The notes beneath the pieces are model-generated. The model was given only the letters and a program-made list of their open reading frames with translations, had not been told where the DNA came from and ran no database searches. From positions 20,156 through 84,155 of the forward strand of contig JACOZP010000008.1 in the NCBI GenBank assembly GCA_016181265.1: a stretch of DNA of 64,000 nucleotides. The letters run 5' to 3'. Source of the DNA: Candidatus Woesearchaeota archaeon (GTDB lineage: Archaea; Nanobdellota; Nanobdellia; Woesearchaeales; GW2011-AR9). This document shows, one piece after another, positions 1 to 8,091 of the stretch; positions within the stretch are counted from its first letter, which is position 1, and each line of letters begins with the position of its first letter. The position numbers and the translations under genes are program-made.

Positions 1-658
1 GATTTAATTCGATGCCGTAGATTTGACGCGCGTCGCTGTTCCGAGCGAAGACAAGAGGATACGGCGCAGCACCGGAGAACATGACGAGGACATCTTCCCC
101 CGGTTTGATCATCTTGGTGATACGTAAACGTTCATTGCCGGAGCGCGCGGAAAAATACGTTTTTTCCAAATGAAGTTTAATGTCAACACCGCTTTCTTTG
201 TGAACGGTCTCTTTGCTCTTCTTGCCGGCAAGGATGCGGACGGTTCTTGTCCTAAATTCACCGCTATGGATTCCTTCCTTGCGCACAACAGTATCGATCT
301 GCCTGTTGATATTAAGATAAGCTTCAGCGATGAGTTTTTCTTTGGAGGTTAATTCTTCTGGAATTTCTAGGATAAGAATGTGCCCGACGATCTCTTGTGA
401 ACGAGGAAGCAGTTCTAATTCTTCTTTAGATAATTTGTTTTTGAGGAGGTCATCGACTGTTCTTGGTTTCTCCCTTGGGGGGAAAGTTATCTTAGTCTGG
501 ACAACTTTGGCTTTCGGTACGGCCATTTTTTTGGTGATGGGAAAGTAGATGTAGCCAAGCTCTTTCAGTGGAAGAAAATCAGGGTGGACTACTTGCTTCT
601 TGACAAGAAATTCTTTGACTGCTTGAGCGTTCTGCAGTTCGGTATACGCAGCAAACAT
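1..658 (-). CDS. trm5: tRNA (guanine37-N1)-methyltransferase Trm5/Taw22-like (Met-10+ family), C-terminal part cut by window edge
   Basis: Own translation of the minus strand from ATG at 658. The ORF is open to the window edge, so it is absent from the track: MFAAYTELQNAQAVKEF... It contains YFSARSGNERLRI and GEDVLVMFSGAAPYPLVFAR, which fit the Met-10+/Trm5 SAM-methyltransferase pattern. Confidence 0.75.
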   Translation of the reverse strand, partial: MFAAYTELQNAQAVKEFLVKKQVVHPDFLPLKELGYIYFPITKKMAVPKAKVVQTKITFPPREKPRTVDDLLKNKLSKEELELLPRSQEIVGHILILEIPEELTSKEKLIAEAYLNINRQIDTVVRKEGIHSGEFRTRTVRILAGKKSKETVHKESGVDIKLHLEKTYFSARSGNERLRITKMIKPGEDVLVMFSGAAPYPLVFARNSDARQIYGIELN

Positions 659-692
659 GAGATGAGTAAAGAAGAAGGGAGATATAAATGTA

Positions 693-1241
693 TTGGAAAC
701 AAGCTTTATTCGTACTGCTGCTTATTTTTGCATAAAGTTTAAAAAGAGCGGTTCTTCAGGATTAAGAATGAGTTTACTTTCTAAAATTAAAAATATTACT
801 ATTGCTACGGCAGTTGTCGGAGGTGTTCTTGGGCTCCATCGCTTGGCCGCTGATACAGTTTACGATGGTATGCACTCGGAGATATCTTCTCCTTTCGGCA
901 GAAAACCAAATCTACACGAACGATATGGTGAATCGAGTGGAGAGGAGGAAATTGGGCTATTTGATACCCTATATTATACTTTAATGTGGAGAACAGACAG
1001 CAGAGAAGTTCATGCCACTTTATATCTCGATCGTGCTTTTAGTCGGGAAAAAGACGTGAGTCTTTACTGTTCTCTCGCTGAAGAAATTCGCTGCTTTCCA
1101 ATCTCTGATCCCATTCCGTCTAATGAATATGTCCTAAGTCTGTCTGGTGAGCAAATACAAGCTTTAGGGGAGAGGTATATCAAAGAAGCTGATTTACGAG
1201 AAGTAAGAGAAAGAATCATTAAAAACGGCTCTGCTTTTTAG
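693..1241 (+). CDS. hypothetical membrane-anchored protein
   Basis: ORF track. Has a hydrophobic segment ITIATAVVGGVLGL and no recognisable family. The real start may be the internal Met near 768. Confidence 0.5.
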   Translation: METSFIRTAAYFCIKFKKSGSSGLRMSLLSKIKNITIATAVVGGVLGLHRLAADTVYDGMHSEISSPFGRKPNLHERYGESSGEEEIGLFDTLYYTLMWRTDSREVHATLYLDRAFSREKDVSLYCSLAEEIRCFPISDPIPSNEYVLSLSGEQIQALGERYIKEADLREVRERIIKNGSAF

Positions 1242-1249
1242 AGAATAAC

Positions 1250-2287
1250 CTATATGTAACTTCCCAACCCTTTCTGTCCTATCTCTTTCTGCGCTTCTTT
1301 CAGCTTCGCTATCTTCTGCCGCACACGTTCTTCAGCAAAATTGTGTTCTTCGACTAACAGATGTAACAATTTCTTCTCATCAATGTTCTTCCATTCCAAC
1401 ACAAAATCATCCGTCACAGGGATATGTTTGATCGTGTCGAAGACTTCTTTCCAGGGGAGATCAGGATAATGCTTTGCCCATTCTACTTTGGCAAAGAGAC
1501 CAGGAAAATCGGTTCCATATTCTTTCACTAACTTCAACCCCGTCTTCGGACCGATGCCTTTAATTCCCCCGGGATTATAATCCGTGCCAACGAGAATAGC
1601 TAAGGCGATCAGCTGATCGTCGGTCAATTTTAATTCGCGAAGGACATCCTGCAGGAGAATAATTTCCGGCTTGATTTTTTCGTAAGCAAGTGCACCGGGT
1701 TTTTTACGTTTGCCTTCAAGAGAAAGGTTACGGATCAAACGTGGACAGCCAAAGATAAGATTATCATAATCTTGGGATATGGAAGCATAGGCTTTCCCGG
1801 TTTTTACCATGTAAGCTGTCTGTGCTTCGCCTTCAGAAGGTGCTTGAACGATCGGTAGGCCCAATGCTCTCAAGAGCTCTTGTGCATCATGAATCATTTC
1901 GCGTGTCAGGACAGTCGTACGGGCAGCAAATTTCTTCATGCTTTCGACATCACCGCTTTCTTCTGCCTCTTTCAACTGCAACGCTGCTTGCATCTTTACT
2001 TCCTTACGTTTCTCCCATGTCTTCTGCTTGATAGCAGGTGATCTTCCGTCAAAGACAAACACTAACTTCAGTCCTTGTTCCATCAACGCCGTTGTGCGAC
2101 TGAAGAGACCGATCAGATGCGACGTTACGCGACCTTTGCTGTCTGTTAACACAGTGCCATCAGGGCTGCGAATCGTGGTAAGAAATTGATAGAGTAAATT
2201 CATCGAATCGATCGCAAGAATCTTATCTTTAAGATCAGCGATGGAAATTTCTTTCCTGATGACTAACTCTTTGAATTGTAAGCCCAT
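1250..2287 (-). CDS. fen1: flap endonuclease 1 (FEN-1)
   Basis: MGLQFKELV N-terminus. Motifs GLPIVQAPSEGEAQTAYM and VGTDYNPGGIKGIGPKTG (H3TH). C-terminal PIP-box-like QKGLGSYI. Confidence 0.92.
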   Translation of the reverse strand: MGLQFKELVIRKEISIADLKDKILAIDSMNLLYQFLTTIRSPDGTVLTDSKGRVTSHLIGLFSRTTALMEQGLKLVFVFDGRSPAIKQKTWEKRKEVKMQAALQLKEAEESGDVESMKKFAARTTVLTREMIHDAQELLRALGLPIVQAPSEGEAQTAYMVKTGKAYASISQDYDNLIFGCPRLIRNLSLEGKRKKPGALAYEKIKPEIILLQDVLRELKLTDDQLIALAILVGTDYNPGGIKGIGPKTGLKLVKEYGTDFPGLFAKVEWAKHYPDLPWKEVFDTIKHIPVTDDFVLEWKNIDEKKLLHLLVEEHNFAEERVRQKIAKLKEAQKEIGQKGLGSYI

Positions 2288-2364
2288 TCTTGGTTATGAT
2301 GATGAGAAGAATATATAGATATCGGTAGAAAAATGGAGTAATGGCAATGATGGTTCATTCTCGT

Positions 2365-3066
2365 TCATTTTTTCTTCAGTAATTTCTGCAACCGTTTGTA
2401 ATTAGGGGTGAATTTGTTTAACCAAGATAACAGTGATTGTGATAGAAAATATAATGCAGTCCCCACGGCAGGGACAAGGAAGAGAGTGCCAGAGATGGCA
2501 GTTCTGACTGTTTCTTTCTGTTCTTCGGCGCGGAGGACTTCTTGAAGATGCCGTAGTTCTTCATCTCCATGACGAGCAAGGTTCGCTACGAGGAAAAGAA
2601 GAGCGATCTCGCTGCGAATCGCACGACGCAGGAGCCGTTCCACACTTCCTCTAAGATATTTAGACTTCAGGAAAAAAGAAAGTGTCTTTTTACCTTGCAG
2701 GATCAGAAGATAGCGAACCTCTTTCTCTCGCAGTTCTTTGACCCGCTCGATTTTCTTTTCCATAAGCTGATAACTCGCTAGTAAGCTTTGAAAATGAACG
2801 TTACGATGGCCTTCTTTCTCAAGAAGAAGAACATACGCCAGGACTTGAAGATAAAGATTTTCAAAAGCAATGATCTCTTTGATGGACTGTTCGGTGGGCT
2901 TTTGAAATTCTTGATATAACAAGAGGTCGCGTTCGACTTCTGATTCTTTTAAGAACTGTTCAACTGCAGTTAGCCGCGTTTGGTCGAGGACATTTAATTT
3001 GAGAGCGATTCCTTTTAGCTTTTCTTGTAATTCAGAGAGCTGTGCCTGAATCTTCTGAGCATCCAT
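2365..3066 (-). CDS. hypothetical coiled-coil protein with C-terminal hydrophobic segment
   Basis: ORF track. I prefer the Met at 3066 (MDAQKIQ...), which lies just after the upstream stop at 3071-3073, over the overlapping start at 3090. No family recognised. Confidence 0.55.
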   Translation of the reverse strand: MDAQKIQAQLSELQEKLKGIALKLNVLDQTRLTAVEQFLKESEVERDLLLYQEFQKPTEQSIKEIIAFENLYLQVLAYVLLLEKEGHRNVHFQSLLASYQLMEKKIERVKELREKEVRYLLILQGKKTLSFFLKSKYLRGSVERLLRRAIRSEIALLFLVANLARHGDEELRHLQEVLRAEEQKETVRTAISGTLFLVPAVGTALYFLSQSLLSWLNKFTPNYKRLQKLLKKK

Positions 3067-3070
3067 TATT

Positions 3071-4159
3071 TTACTCCACTTTCTTGACAATCACATTTTC
3101 GAACGCACCAGTAGCAATCATTTCCTGTGCTTTCTTGGTGAGATCATGAGAATACAAGAATAAGAGGGGAAGTTTTTTTACCTGCGCTTCCATGTAGGCA
3201 GCGGAGAGATCTTTCTCATCGCAACGAGTTTTCTTTTTTGCTTTGCAAAAATAGGTCATCTTGCCGACGACGGTGGGAACTTTGATGGAAAGATTCACTT
3301 CCGCATTTTTACGGATGATATCCTGTTCTTGGATTGTGATATTTAATTCGCGGAAGAAATGTTCTATCGTAGGAAGGAAAGTATCTGTTTTTGGGGTTAC
3401 TGTTTTCTTGGGTACAGCGGCGTTCATACCTGGTTTTTCGGCAAGGATCGTCTGAGTTTTATCAAGAATCGAAGTAAGAGAAGAGGATTTTTTGATCGAA
3501 CGAGTCTTCTTGACCGATGCAGGAACTACTGACTCAACTACCTGAACGGGAGGAGACGATTCGACAAGGTGTTCTTCCTCAGCTTTCCATTCTACTTCTA
3601 TGGGAGAAAGAGCGTGAGATGGTTCTGGAGAGAGTGTTCTGATGGGCAGCGGTTCTAGAGGAGTAGGCTCTGGAAATGGGGATTGTTCGACGGGGAGAGG
3701 TTCTTCTACTTGCGGTGGGTAAAGGATCTCGCGCACGAGATGATTTGTGGTATCATCCGGGAGCAGATGCCATTTCCAGAATAGTTCGGAACTGTCCGGG
3801 GTCCGTACTTGCAGTGGGACCGCAAAATCTCGAAGAGCACGCAGAGCAACTTTTGAGAGAAGATCTAGATCGGCCTCTCGTAAGACTCCTTCTGTCTTTA
3901 ACCGATCTAAAACTGCCATATCTTTGGGATTGAGATTGCCCGCAGCGAAGTTGTATAACTGTTCTTCTTGCCCAGGGAGATAATAGAGAGGACTGCCCCC
4001 TAACTTCAAACTGGAGATCCGAATCTTCTTCTGTGCAGCGAGGTCGGATAAGTGAGCAGAGGCGATAATGATATCCGTTTTGATGGTCTTGGCAACTTTG
4101 GTAGGAATTGTCGGTCCGGTAACGTTCAAGAATTCGAGAATTTGATCTTGGACAAGCAT
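3071..4159 (-). CDS. hypothetical protein, N-terminal winged-helix-like region, Pro/Glu-rich linker
   Basis: 362-aa ORF. N-terminal ~150 aa look like tandem wHTH (LEFLNVTGPTIPTKVAKTI..., MAVLDRLKTEGVLREADL). A TATA-like TTTAAATA lies 23-30 nt upstream of the ATG. Confidence 0.6.
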   Translation of the reverse strand: MLVQDQILEFLNVTGPTIPTKVAKTIKTDIIIASAHLSDLAAQKKIRISSLKLGGSPLYYLPGQEEQLYNFAAGNLNPKDMAVLDRLKTEGVLREADLDLLSKVALRALRDFAVPLQVRTPDSSELFWKWHLLPDDTTNHLVREILYPPQVEEPLPVEQSPFPEPTPLEPLPIRTLSPEPSHALSPIEVEWKAEEEHLVESSPPVQVVESVVPASVKKTRSIKKSSSLTSILDKTQTILAEKPGMNAAVPKKTVTPKTDTFLPTIEHFFRELNITIQEQDIIRKNAEVNLSIKVPTVVGKMTYFCKAKKKTRCDEKDLSAAYMEAQVKKLPLLFLYSHDLTKKAQEMIATGAFENVIVKKVE

Positions 4160-4181
4160 GACTCTTGGTCTGGGATGGATG

Positions 4182-4189
4182 TTTAAATA
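4182..4189. promoter_or_regulatory. TATA-like box TTTAAATA, possibly bidirectional
   Basis: Near-palindromic AT box. It lies 23-30 nt from the ATG of the minus-strand gene at 4159 and about 17-24 nt upstream of the first block conserved between the two structured RNA copies (4206). Confidence 0.4.
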
Positions 4190-4205
4190 ATTTTTGATGG
4201 TACAG

Positions 4206-4471
4206 TCATAAAAGTGCGGGAAAGCGGCTCACCTCGCTCTAAAGCCCTAAGAAATCAGACTTGATTTCTTGGGCACAAGAAGAGTCGTTGCTTTTCTTTG
4301 TGAGCGAGGCTTGAAAAGAGACGCTTTCTAATCCCCGCACTTTGTGACATAAATAGGCTAGAAAGCCATTCGCACAGAAAGACAACGATCTTTCTGGCGT
4401 CCCAGCAAAGCTATTTCTTTGCTGAGGACATCCTCGTCTTAAAAGACGAGGCTTTCTGGCCTATTTAATGT
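4206..4471 (+). ncRNA. unclassified structured RNA, copy 1 of 2 (paralog of 61508-61877)
   Basis: Collinear with copy 2. Identical blocks: GAGCGAGGCTTGAAAAGAGACGCTTTCT, ATCCCCGCACTTTGTGACA, ATAAATAGGCTAGAAAGCCATTCGCACA, GGACATCCTCGTCTTAAAAGACGAGGCTTTCTGGCCTATTTAATGT. Long-range helices: AAAGTGCGGG/CCCGCACTTT and the 16-bp AATAGGCTAGAAAGCC/GGCTTTCTGGCCTATT. Hairpins differ between copies by compensatory changes. G-U wobbles occur only when read on the + strand. No ORF is conserved between copies. Confidence 0.7.
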
Positions 4472-4610
4472 GATAATAGCTCTTGTTTTCAGAAAACATA
4501 CCCGCTCGTTAGAGGGGCTAAATCTCTCATTTCGTAAAATTTTTATATTTGAATTGCTACGAAGAGTACTAAGACCGTGTTCTGAGGGTCAACAAAGGTG
4601 GGGATATATA

Positions 4611-4703
4611 ATGGCCAAACCAATGAAAAAGAGAAGAAATGACGAAGATTTCGACGATGATTCTAACGACGAAGATACGGATACCGGCGATGATTGGAAT
4701 TAA
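4611..4703 (+). CDS. small highly acidic peptide (30 aa), hypothetical
   Basis: ATG at 4611 preceded by AGGTGGGG 8-9 nt upstream (SD-like). TTTTTATATT box at about 4540. MAKPMKKRRNDEDFDDDSNDEDTDTGDDWN. The longer alt-start version in the track (4470) runs into the RNA locus. Confidence 0.35.
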   Translation: MAKPMKKRRNDEDFDDDSNDEDTDTGDDWN

Positions 4704-4769
4704 ATTCTAAACGGTCTTAGAATTTCCGCATCTTTTTTATTTTTTACAGATCTAAAATATTTTAGAGAT

Positions 4770-5465
4770 TTACGGTCGCATCCAACGAACTTCATAATAG
4801 GTGACATCATTTTCGTCATCAACGACACCCAAGAGCAGCCGTTTCTTCGTGGAATGAGCGACACGGTTCTTAGCGCTAAATTCATGCCAAGTAAAGACAC
4901 TTGCTTCGTGAACGGGATAGACAATCCATTTGGCGTGATCTTCGCCAGGTTTAACACCGCGATCATAGACACGAAAATCGGCGCCAAATTTTAACGCAGT
5001 CTTGATGATATAACCACGATTGCGCATATCTTTGAAGACACAATAACGGATCCAGAAATTAGGTTCTACTTTACGCGCTTTTTTGACATAGGTTTCGAAA
5101 GGGATTTCTTTACCAGATTCGGTCTTAATGATCAGCCGCGCGCGCTCTAAGAGATAGAGTGCTTCTAACAAAGACAGTTCTACTTTACCATTCTCCGCTA
5201 ATGAACCGAAACGGGATTGATTAAATAATTCACGTGCATCATCAGACGATTCAGTGATGACGCGTTCGCCAGCCAGGATACCGAAGATAGGTTTCTTTTT
5301 CTCTTTCTTTTCGGCTTTTTTACTGTCGTTTTCTTTTTCTTTAGAATGGTTCTCAGAAAGTTCTTCTGCTGTAGCCTCATCCAGTTCTTCAGGTACGTCC
5401 TCTACCATAGTCTCAGCAATTTTGTCTATAGCTGCTTCGGCAGATTTTTTTGTTTTCTTTGCCAT
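4770..5465 (-). CDS. endA: tRNA-splicing endonuclease EndA with Lys/Glu-rich N-terminal extension
   Basis: C-terminal ~170 aa: LSLLEALYLLERARL, FWIRYCVFKDMRNRGYIIKTALKFGADFRVY and HAKWIV...VAHSTKKRLLL fit the EndA catalytic fold. The first ~60 aa are low-complexity. Confidence 0.85.
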   Translation of the reverse strand: MAKKTKKSAEAAIDKIAETMVEDVPEELDEATAEELSENHSKEKENDSKKAEKKEKKKPIFGILAGERVITESSDDARELFNQSRFGSLAENGKVELSLLEALYLLERARLIIKTESGKEIPFETYVKKARKVEPNFWIRYCVFKDMRNRGYIIKTALKFGADFRVYDRGVKPGEDHAKWIVYPVHEASVFTWHEFSAKNRVAHSTKKRLLLGVVDDENDVTYYEVRWMRP

Positions 5466-5490
5466 ACAACTCTATTTCAGAAAGGAGTTT

Positions 5491-6132
5491 TTAAATGTTT
5501 GGGGACGAACAAGCTCTCTTCAATTCTCTCATCGCTTTCTTTGGATCCTCTGCTTGCGTGATAAAACTGCCGGAGACAACAGCATCCGCACCTGCTCTTA
5601 CCGCATCCTGAATGGTTTCTGGCTGCATTCCACCATCAACAATGATTTTGATCTTGGAATTTTGTCGTTTGAGAACAGCAATTTTCTTTAATGGTAGCCT
5701 CAAGTAGGGCGCACCATATCTTCCCGGATGAACGGTTAAAATGAGAACAGAGTTGAGCAAAGGTAGATATTTCTGGATAGAAGCAACGTTAGTTTCCGGC
5801 TTTAAAGCTAGACCCACTTTCTTTTTATATACTTTAACTTGGTTGATCAAAGAGATTATCTTTGAGTGTGATAGTGGTTCGGGGTGAAAGATGATGGAAT
5901 CTACTTTTCTCCCATTTCTTTGAATCCACCATTCGGGACTTTTTACCATCAAATGGGCATTGTACTTGAATTTCTTAGAGAAGGTGATGTCGAACCAACC
6001 ATATTTGTGAGAGACAAATTTTCCGTCACCAACATCAACGTGAAGTGTTCTGGCAACACCACCCATTTTCTTCAGGGTTTGATTTATTTCCAGCTGGTCT
6101 CGAGCCATAATAGAAGGATAGATTTGCATCAT
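5491..6132 (-). CDS. rpe: ribulose-phosphate 3-epimerase-like protein
   Basis: HVDVGDGKFV, LTVHPGRYG and IIVDGGM motifs in the order expected for the Rpe TIM barrel; somewhat divergent. Confidence 0.7.
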   Translation of the reverse strand: MMQIYPSIMARDQLEINQTLKKMGGVARTLHVDVGDGKFVSHKYGWFDITFSKKFKYNAHLMVKSPEWWIQRNGRKVDSIIFHPEPLSHSKIISLINQVKVYKKKVGLALKPETNVASIQKYLPLLNSVLILTVHPGRYGAPYLRLPLKKIAVLKRQNSKIKIIVDGGMQPETIQDAVRAGADAVVSGSFITQAEDPKKAMRELKRACSSPNI

Positions 6133-6226
6133 TGCTTACCTCGAGAGAAGGAGGAGTAATACAACAAAGAGAACAATAACCGCAACAGAGATCAGAACAT
6201 ATTGTTCTCTCCGCCAGCGCTTATGT

Positions 6227-6700
6227 TTATCCATATTTCTTCTCCAGTAATCTTATCTTTTTTATACGACGCTGATGACGTGTCGCTCCTGAAAAAACCG
6301 TGTTCAGAAAGGTGAGAATCATCTTTTTTGCTTTAGAAAAAGAGATCGCGGATTGAGGTTGTAACGTTCCGCCGCCATTGAGACAGAGAATGTTTGCATC
6401 CTCGTCTTCACGAGAACGTTTGACTTGTCCAAGATCATGAGGGTTGGCGGCACGGATGCCACGTATTTTATTGGCAGCGATACAGACGCCGACAGCAGAA
6501 CCACAGACAAGAAGACCCAGGCTATTGTTTTTGATTACTTTCAATGCAACTCTCTCCGCGAAATCAGGATAATCATCATTCCTATCTAATTTTAGGTTTC
6601 CACAGTCTTCGTAAGAAATGTTTTCCGAATCTAACCAGGGCTTGAGTTTCTCTTTGAGATTAAAACCAGCGTGATCTGCGCCAAGATAGATTTTTTTCAT
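6227..6700 (-). CDS. rpiB: ribose-5-phosphate isomerase B (RpiB/LacAB family)
   Basis: MKKIYLGADHAGFNLKEKLK and LLVCGSAVGVCIAANKIRGIRAA are typical RpiB motifs. Confidence 0.88.
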   Translation of the reverse strand: MKKIYLGADHAGFNLKEKLKPWLDSENISYEDCGNLKLDRNDDYPDFAERVALKVIKNNSLGLLVCGSAVGVCIAANKIRGIRAANPHDLGQVKRSREDEDANILCLNGGGTLQPQSAISFSKAKKMILTFLNTVFSGATRHQRRIKKIRLLEKKYG

Positions 6701-7077
6701 GAAGTTTTCCTCCTTAGAGAAAGAAAAATAACCATTAGTAGAGCGGCAACAACAAACAATACTGCGCCCCCGAGAGAGATTGTGCTAAGATAACCCACAT
6801 CAGATCCATCAGTGACGATAAGAAAGATCAACTCATCTAAGACAAGAGCAGTGCTTATTCCAGAAAAGATGAAAAGAAGTGATGAAGAGTAATTAAACAT
6901 TTGAAGAATGAAGCTTATGACGAGCACAAAAGAGCCAAGATAAAGATGATGGATATTATATTCACCGATGTAGAGATTTGTTGCTGGAGAGATGAATAAT
7001 AAGAGACGAGTGAATATAAATGTGATAAGCAGTGAAGAAGAATAATAGAGCACTTTTTGTCTGGTGGTGGGTTTCAT
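6697..7077 (-). CDS. small integral membrane protein, hypothetical
   Basis: 126 aa with about 4 hydrophobic helices. 4-nt overlaps with both neighbours (rpiB, fba) suggest co-translation in one operon. Confidence 0.6.
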   Translation of the reverse strand: MKPTTRQKVLYYSSSLLITFIFTRLLLFISPATNLYIGEYNIHHLYLGSFVLVISFILQMFNYSSSLLFIFSGISTALVLDELIFLIVTDGSDVGYLSTISLGGAVLFVVAALLMVIFLSLRRKTS

Positions 7078-7988
7078 GCTTTGTTCACACTCCCAAAAAG
7101 GCGAATTCTTTGTTCTGCTACGCTTTGAATCAGCTCCCGTGCTGGACCAAGAATATGACGGGGGTCAAAATCTCGAGGAGATCTTTTGATCACTTTTCGG
7201 ACAGCAGCATCGAATGCTAGACGTAAATCTGTGTCCGTATTAATTTTAGTGATGCCGTGCGCGATGGCAGCTCTAATTTGTGCATCAGGAACACCCTCGA
7301 CGCCAGAGAGAGAGGCGCCATAATGCTCCGCCATCTTAACGAGAGAAGAAGGGACACCGGAGGCACCATGGAGAACGAGAGGGATATTTACTTTTTTACG
7401 GAGCTGTTTAAGGATATCTTGTTTCAAGACAGCTTTTCCGGCGAATTTATAGGCGCCATGACTGGTGCCGATAGCAACGGCAAGGAAATCACAACCGGTC
7501 CGTTCCACAAATTCTTTGGCTTTTGCTGGATCAGTATACAGAATAGTTCGGCTGGAGACCAAATCTTCTGCTCCCCCTATCGTGCCTAATTCTGCTTCAA
7601 CAGAGATGTGTTTGCGATGAGCTAGTTGGACTATTTGTTTTGTCTTTTTGATATTCGTTTCAAATGAGTCATGTGAAGCATCAATCATCACGGAAGAATA
7701 GCCAAGGGCTATTGCTCTTCGAATCATATTTAAATCTTGACCATGGTCGAGATGGAAAGCGATGGGGACGGATGTTAATTCAGAAGCAGTCTCGGCTAGA
7801 CAATGGAGAAAATTAATGCCGGCATAGTTGATTGCGCCTTCGGAAGTAGCAAGGATGATGGGAGAGTTTAGTTTGACGGCGGCTTGAACAACACCTTGCA
7901 TGATCTCTAGGTTGTTGATATTAAAATGGGGGACGGCATATTTCTCTCTCTGCGCTTTTAGGAGAAGTTTCTTGGTAGATACAAACAT
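7074..7988 (-). CDS. fba: class II fructose/tagatose-bisphosphate aldolase
   Basis: FNINNLE, HLDHG, MIDASH, EAELGTIGG, AVAIGTSHGAYK and LVLHGASG motifs. Confidence 0.9.
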   Translation of the reverse strand: MFVSTKKLLLKAQREKYAVPHFNINNLEIMQGVVQAAVKLNSPIILATSEGAINYAGINFLHCLAETASELTSVPIAFHLDHGQDLNMIRRAIALGYSSVMIDASHDSFETNIKKTKQIVQLAHRKHISVEAELGTIGGAEDLVSSRTILYTDPAKAKEFVERTGCDFLAVAIGTSHGAYKFAGKAVLKQDILKQLRKKVNIPLVLHGASGVPSSLVKMAEHYGASLSGVEGVPDAQIRAAIAHGITKINTDTDLRLAFDAAVRKVIKRSPRDFDPRHILGPARELIQSVAEQRIRLFGSVNKA

Positions 7989-8091
7989 TTAAAGACCTCT
8001 TTTTAGGAGATGAAGGCGAGCGTCTTTTTATAGATTGCGTTCTGCCTGCCTCACCATAAAATTTATAAGACAAATGAGGAGATGAACAATC

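Noticed and set aside
2288-2364. ATGATGATGA / ATGATGG motifs as a C/D box sRNA between fen1 and the next gene
   Set aside because: There is no CUGA box on either strand within 70 nt.
4206-4471. Identification of the paired structured RNAs as RNase P RNA, SRP RNA or H/ACA guide RNA
   Set aside because: RNase P: no GGAAAGUCC / ACAGAA P4-type blocks, each domain closes on itself rather than through a P1/P4 pseudoknot framework, and there are two copies. SRP: no GGAA/AGCA helix-8-like motifs and no rod-like end-to-end pairing. H/ACA: each domain is followed by ACA-containing sequence (GTGACA, CGCACA), but the loop above the basal stem is only 1-4 nt per side, so there is no pseudouridylation pocket. 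These rejections are by eye only; a covariance-model search is still needed.
4470-4610. Longer 77-aa version of the acidic micro-ORF (track ORF 4470-4703)
   Set aside because: It begins with a non-ATG codon at the very end of the structured RNA and reads through a TATA-like box. Only the SD-preceded ATG at 4611 looks like a real start.
5254-5691. Antisense/shadow ORFs. Examples: 5254-5691, 1822-2189, 3676-3983, 19110-19448, 20539-20958, 21271-21609, 23407-23897, 29816-30216, 41056-41499, 47499-47786
   Set aside because: Each lies within, and opposite to or out of frame with, a longer ORF that carries clear family motifs. Compositions are low-complexity or Cys/Ser/Arg-rich, typical of non-coding frames.
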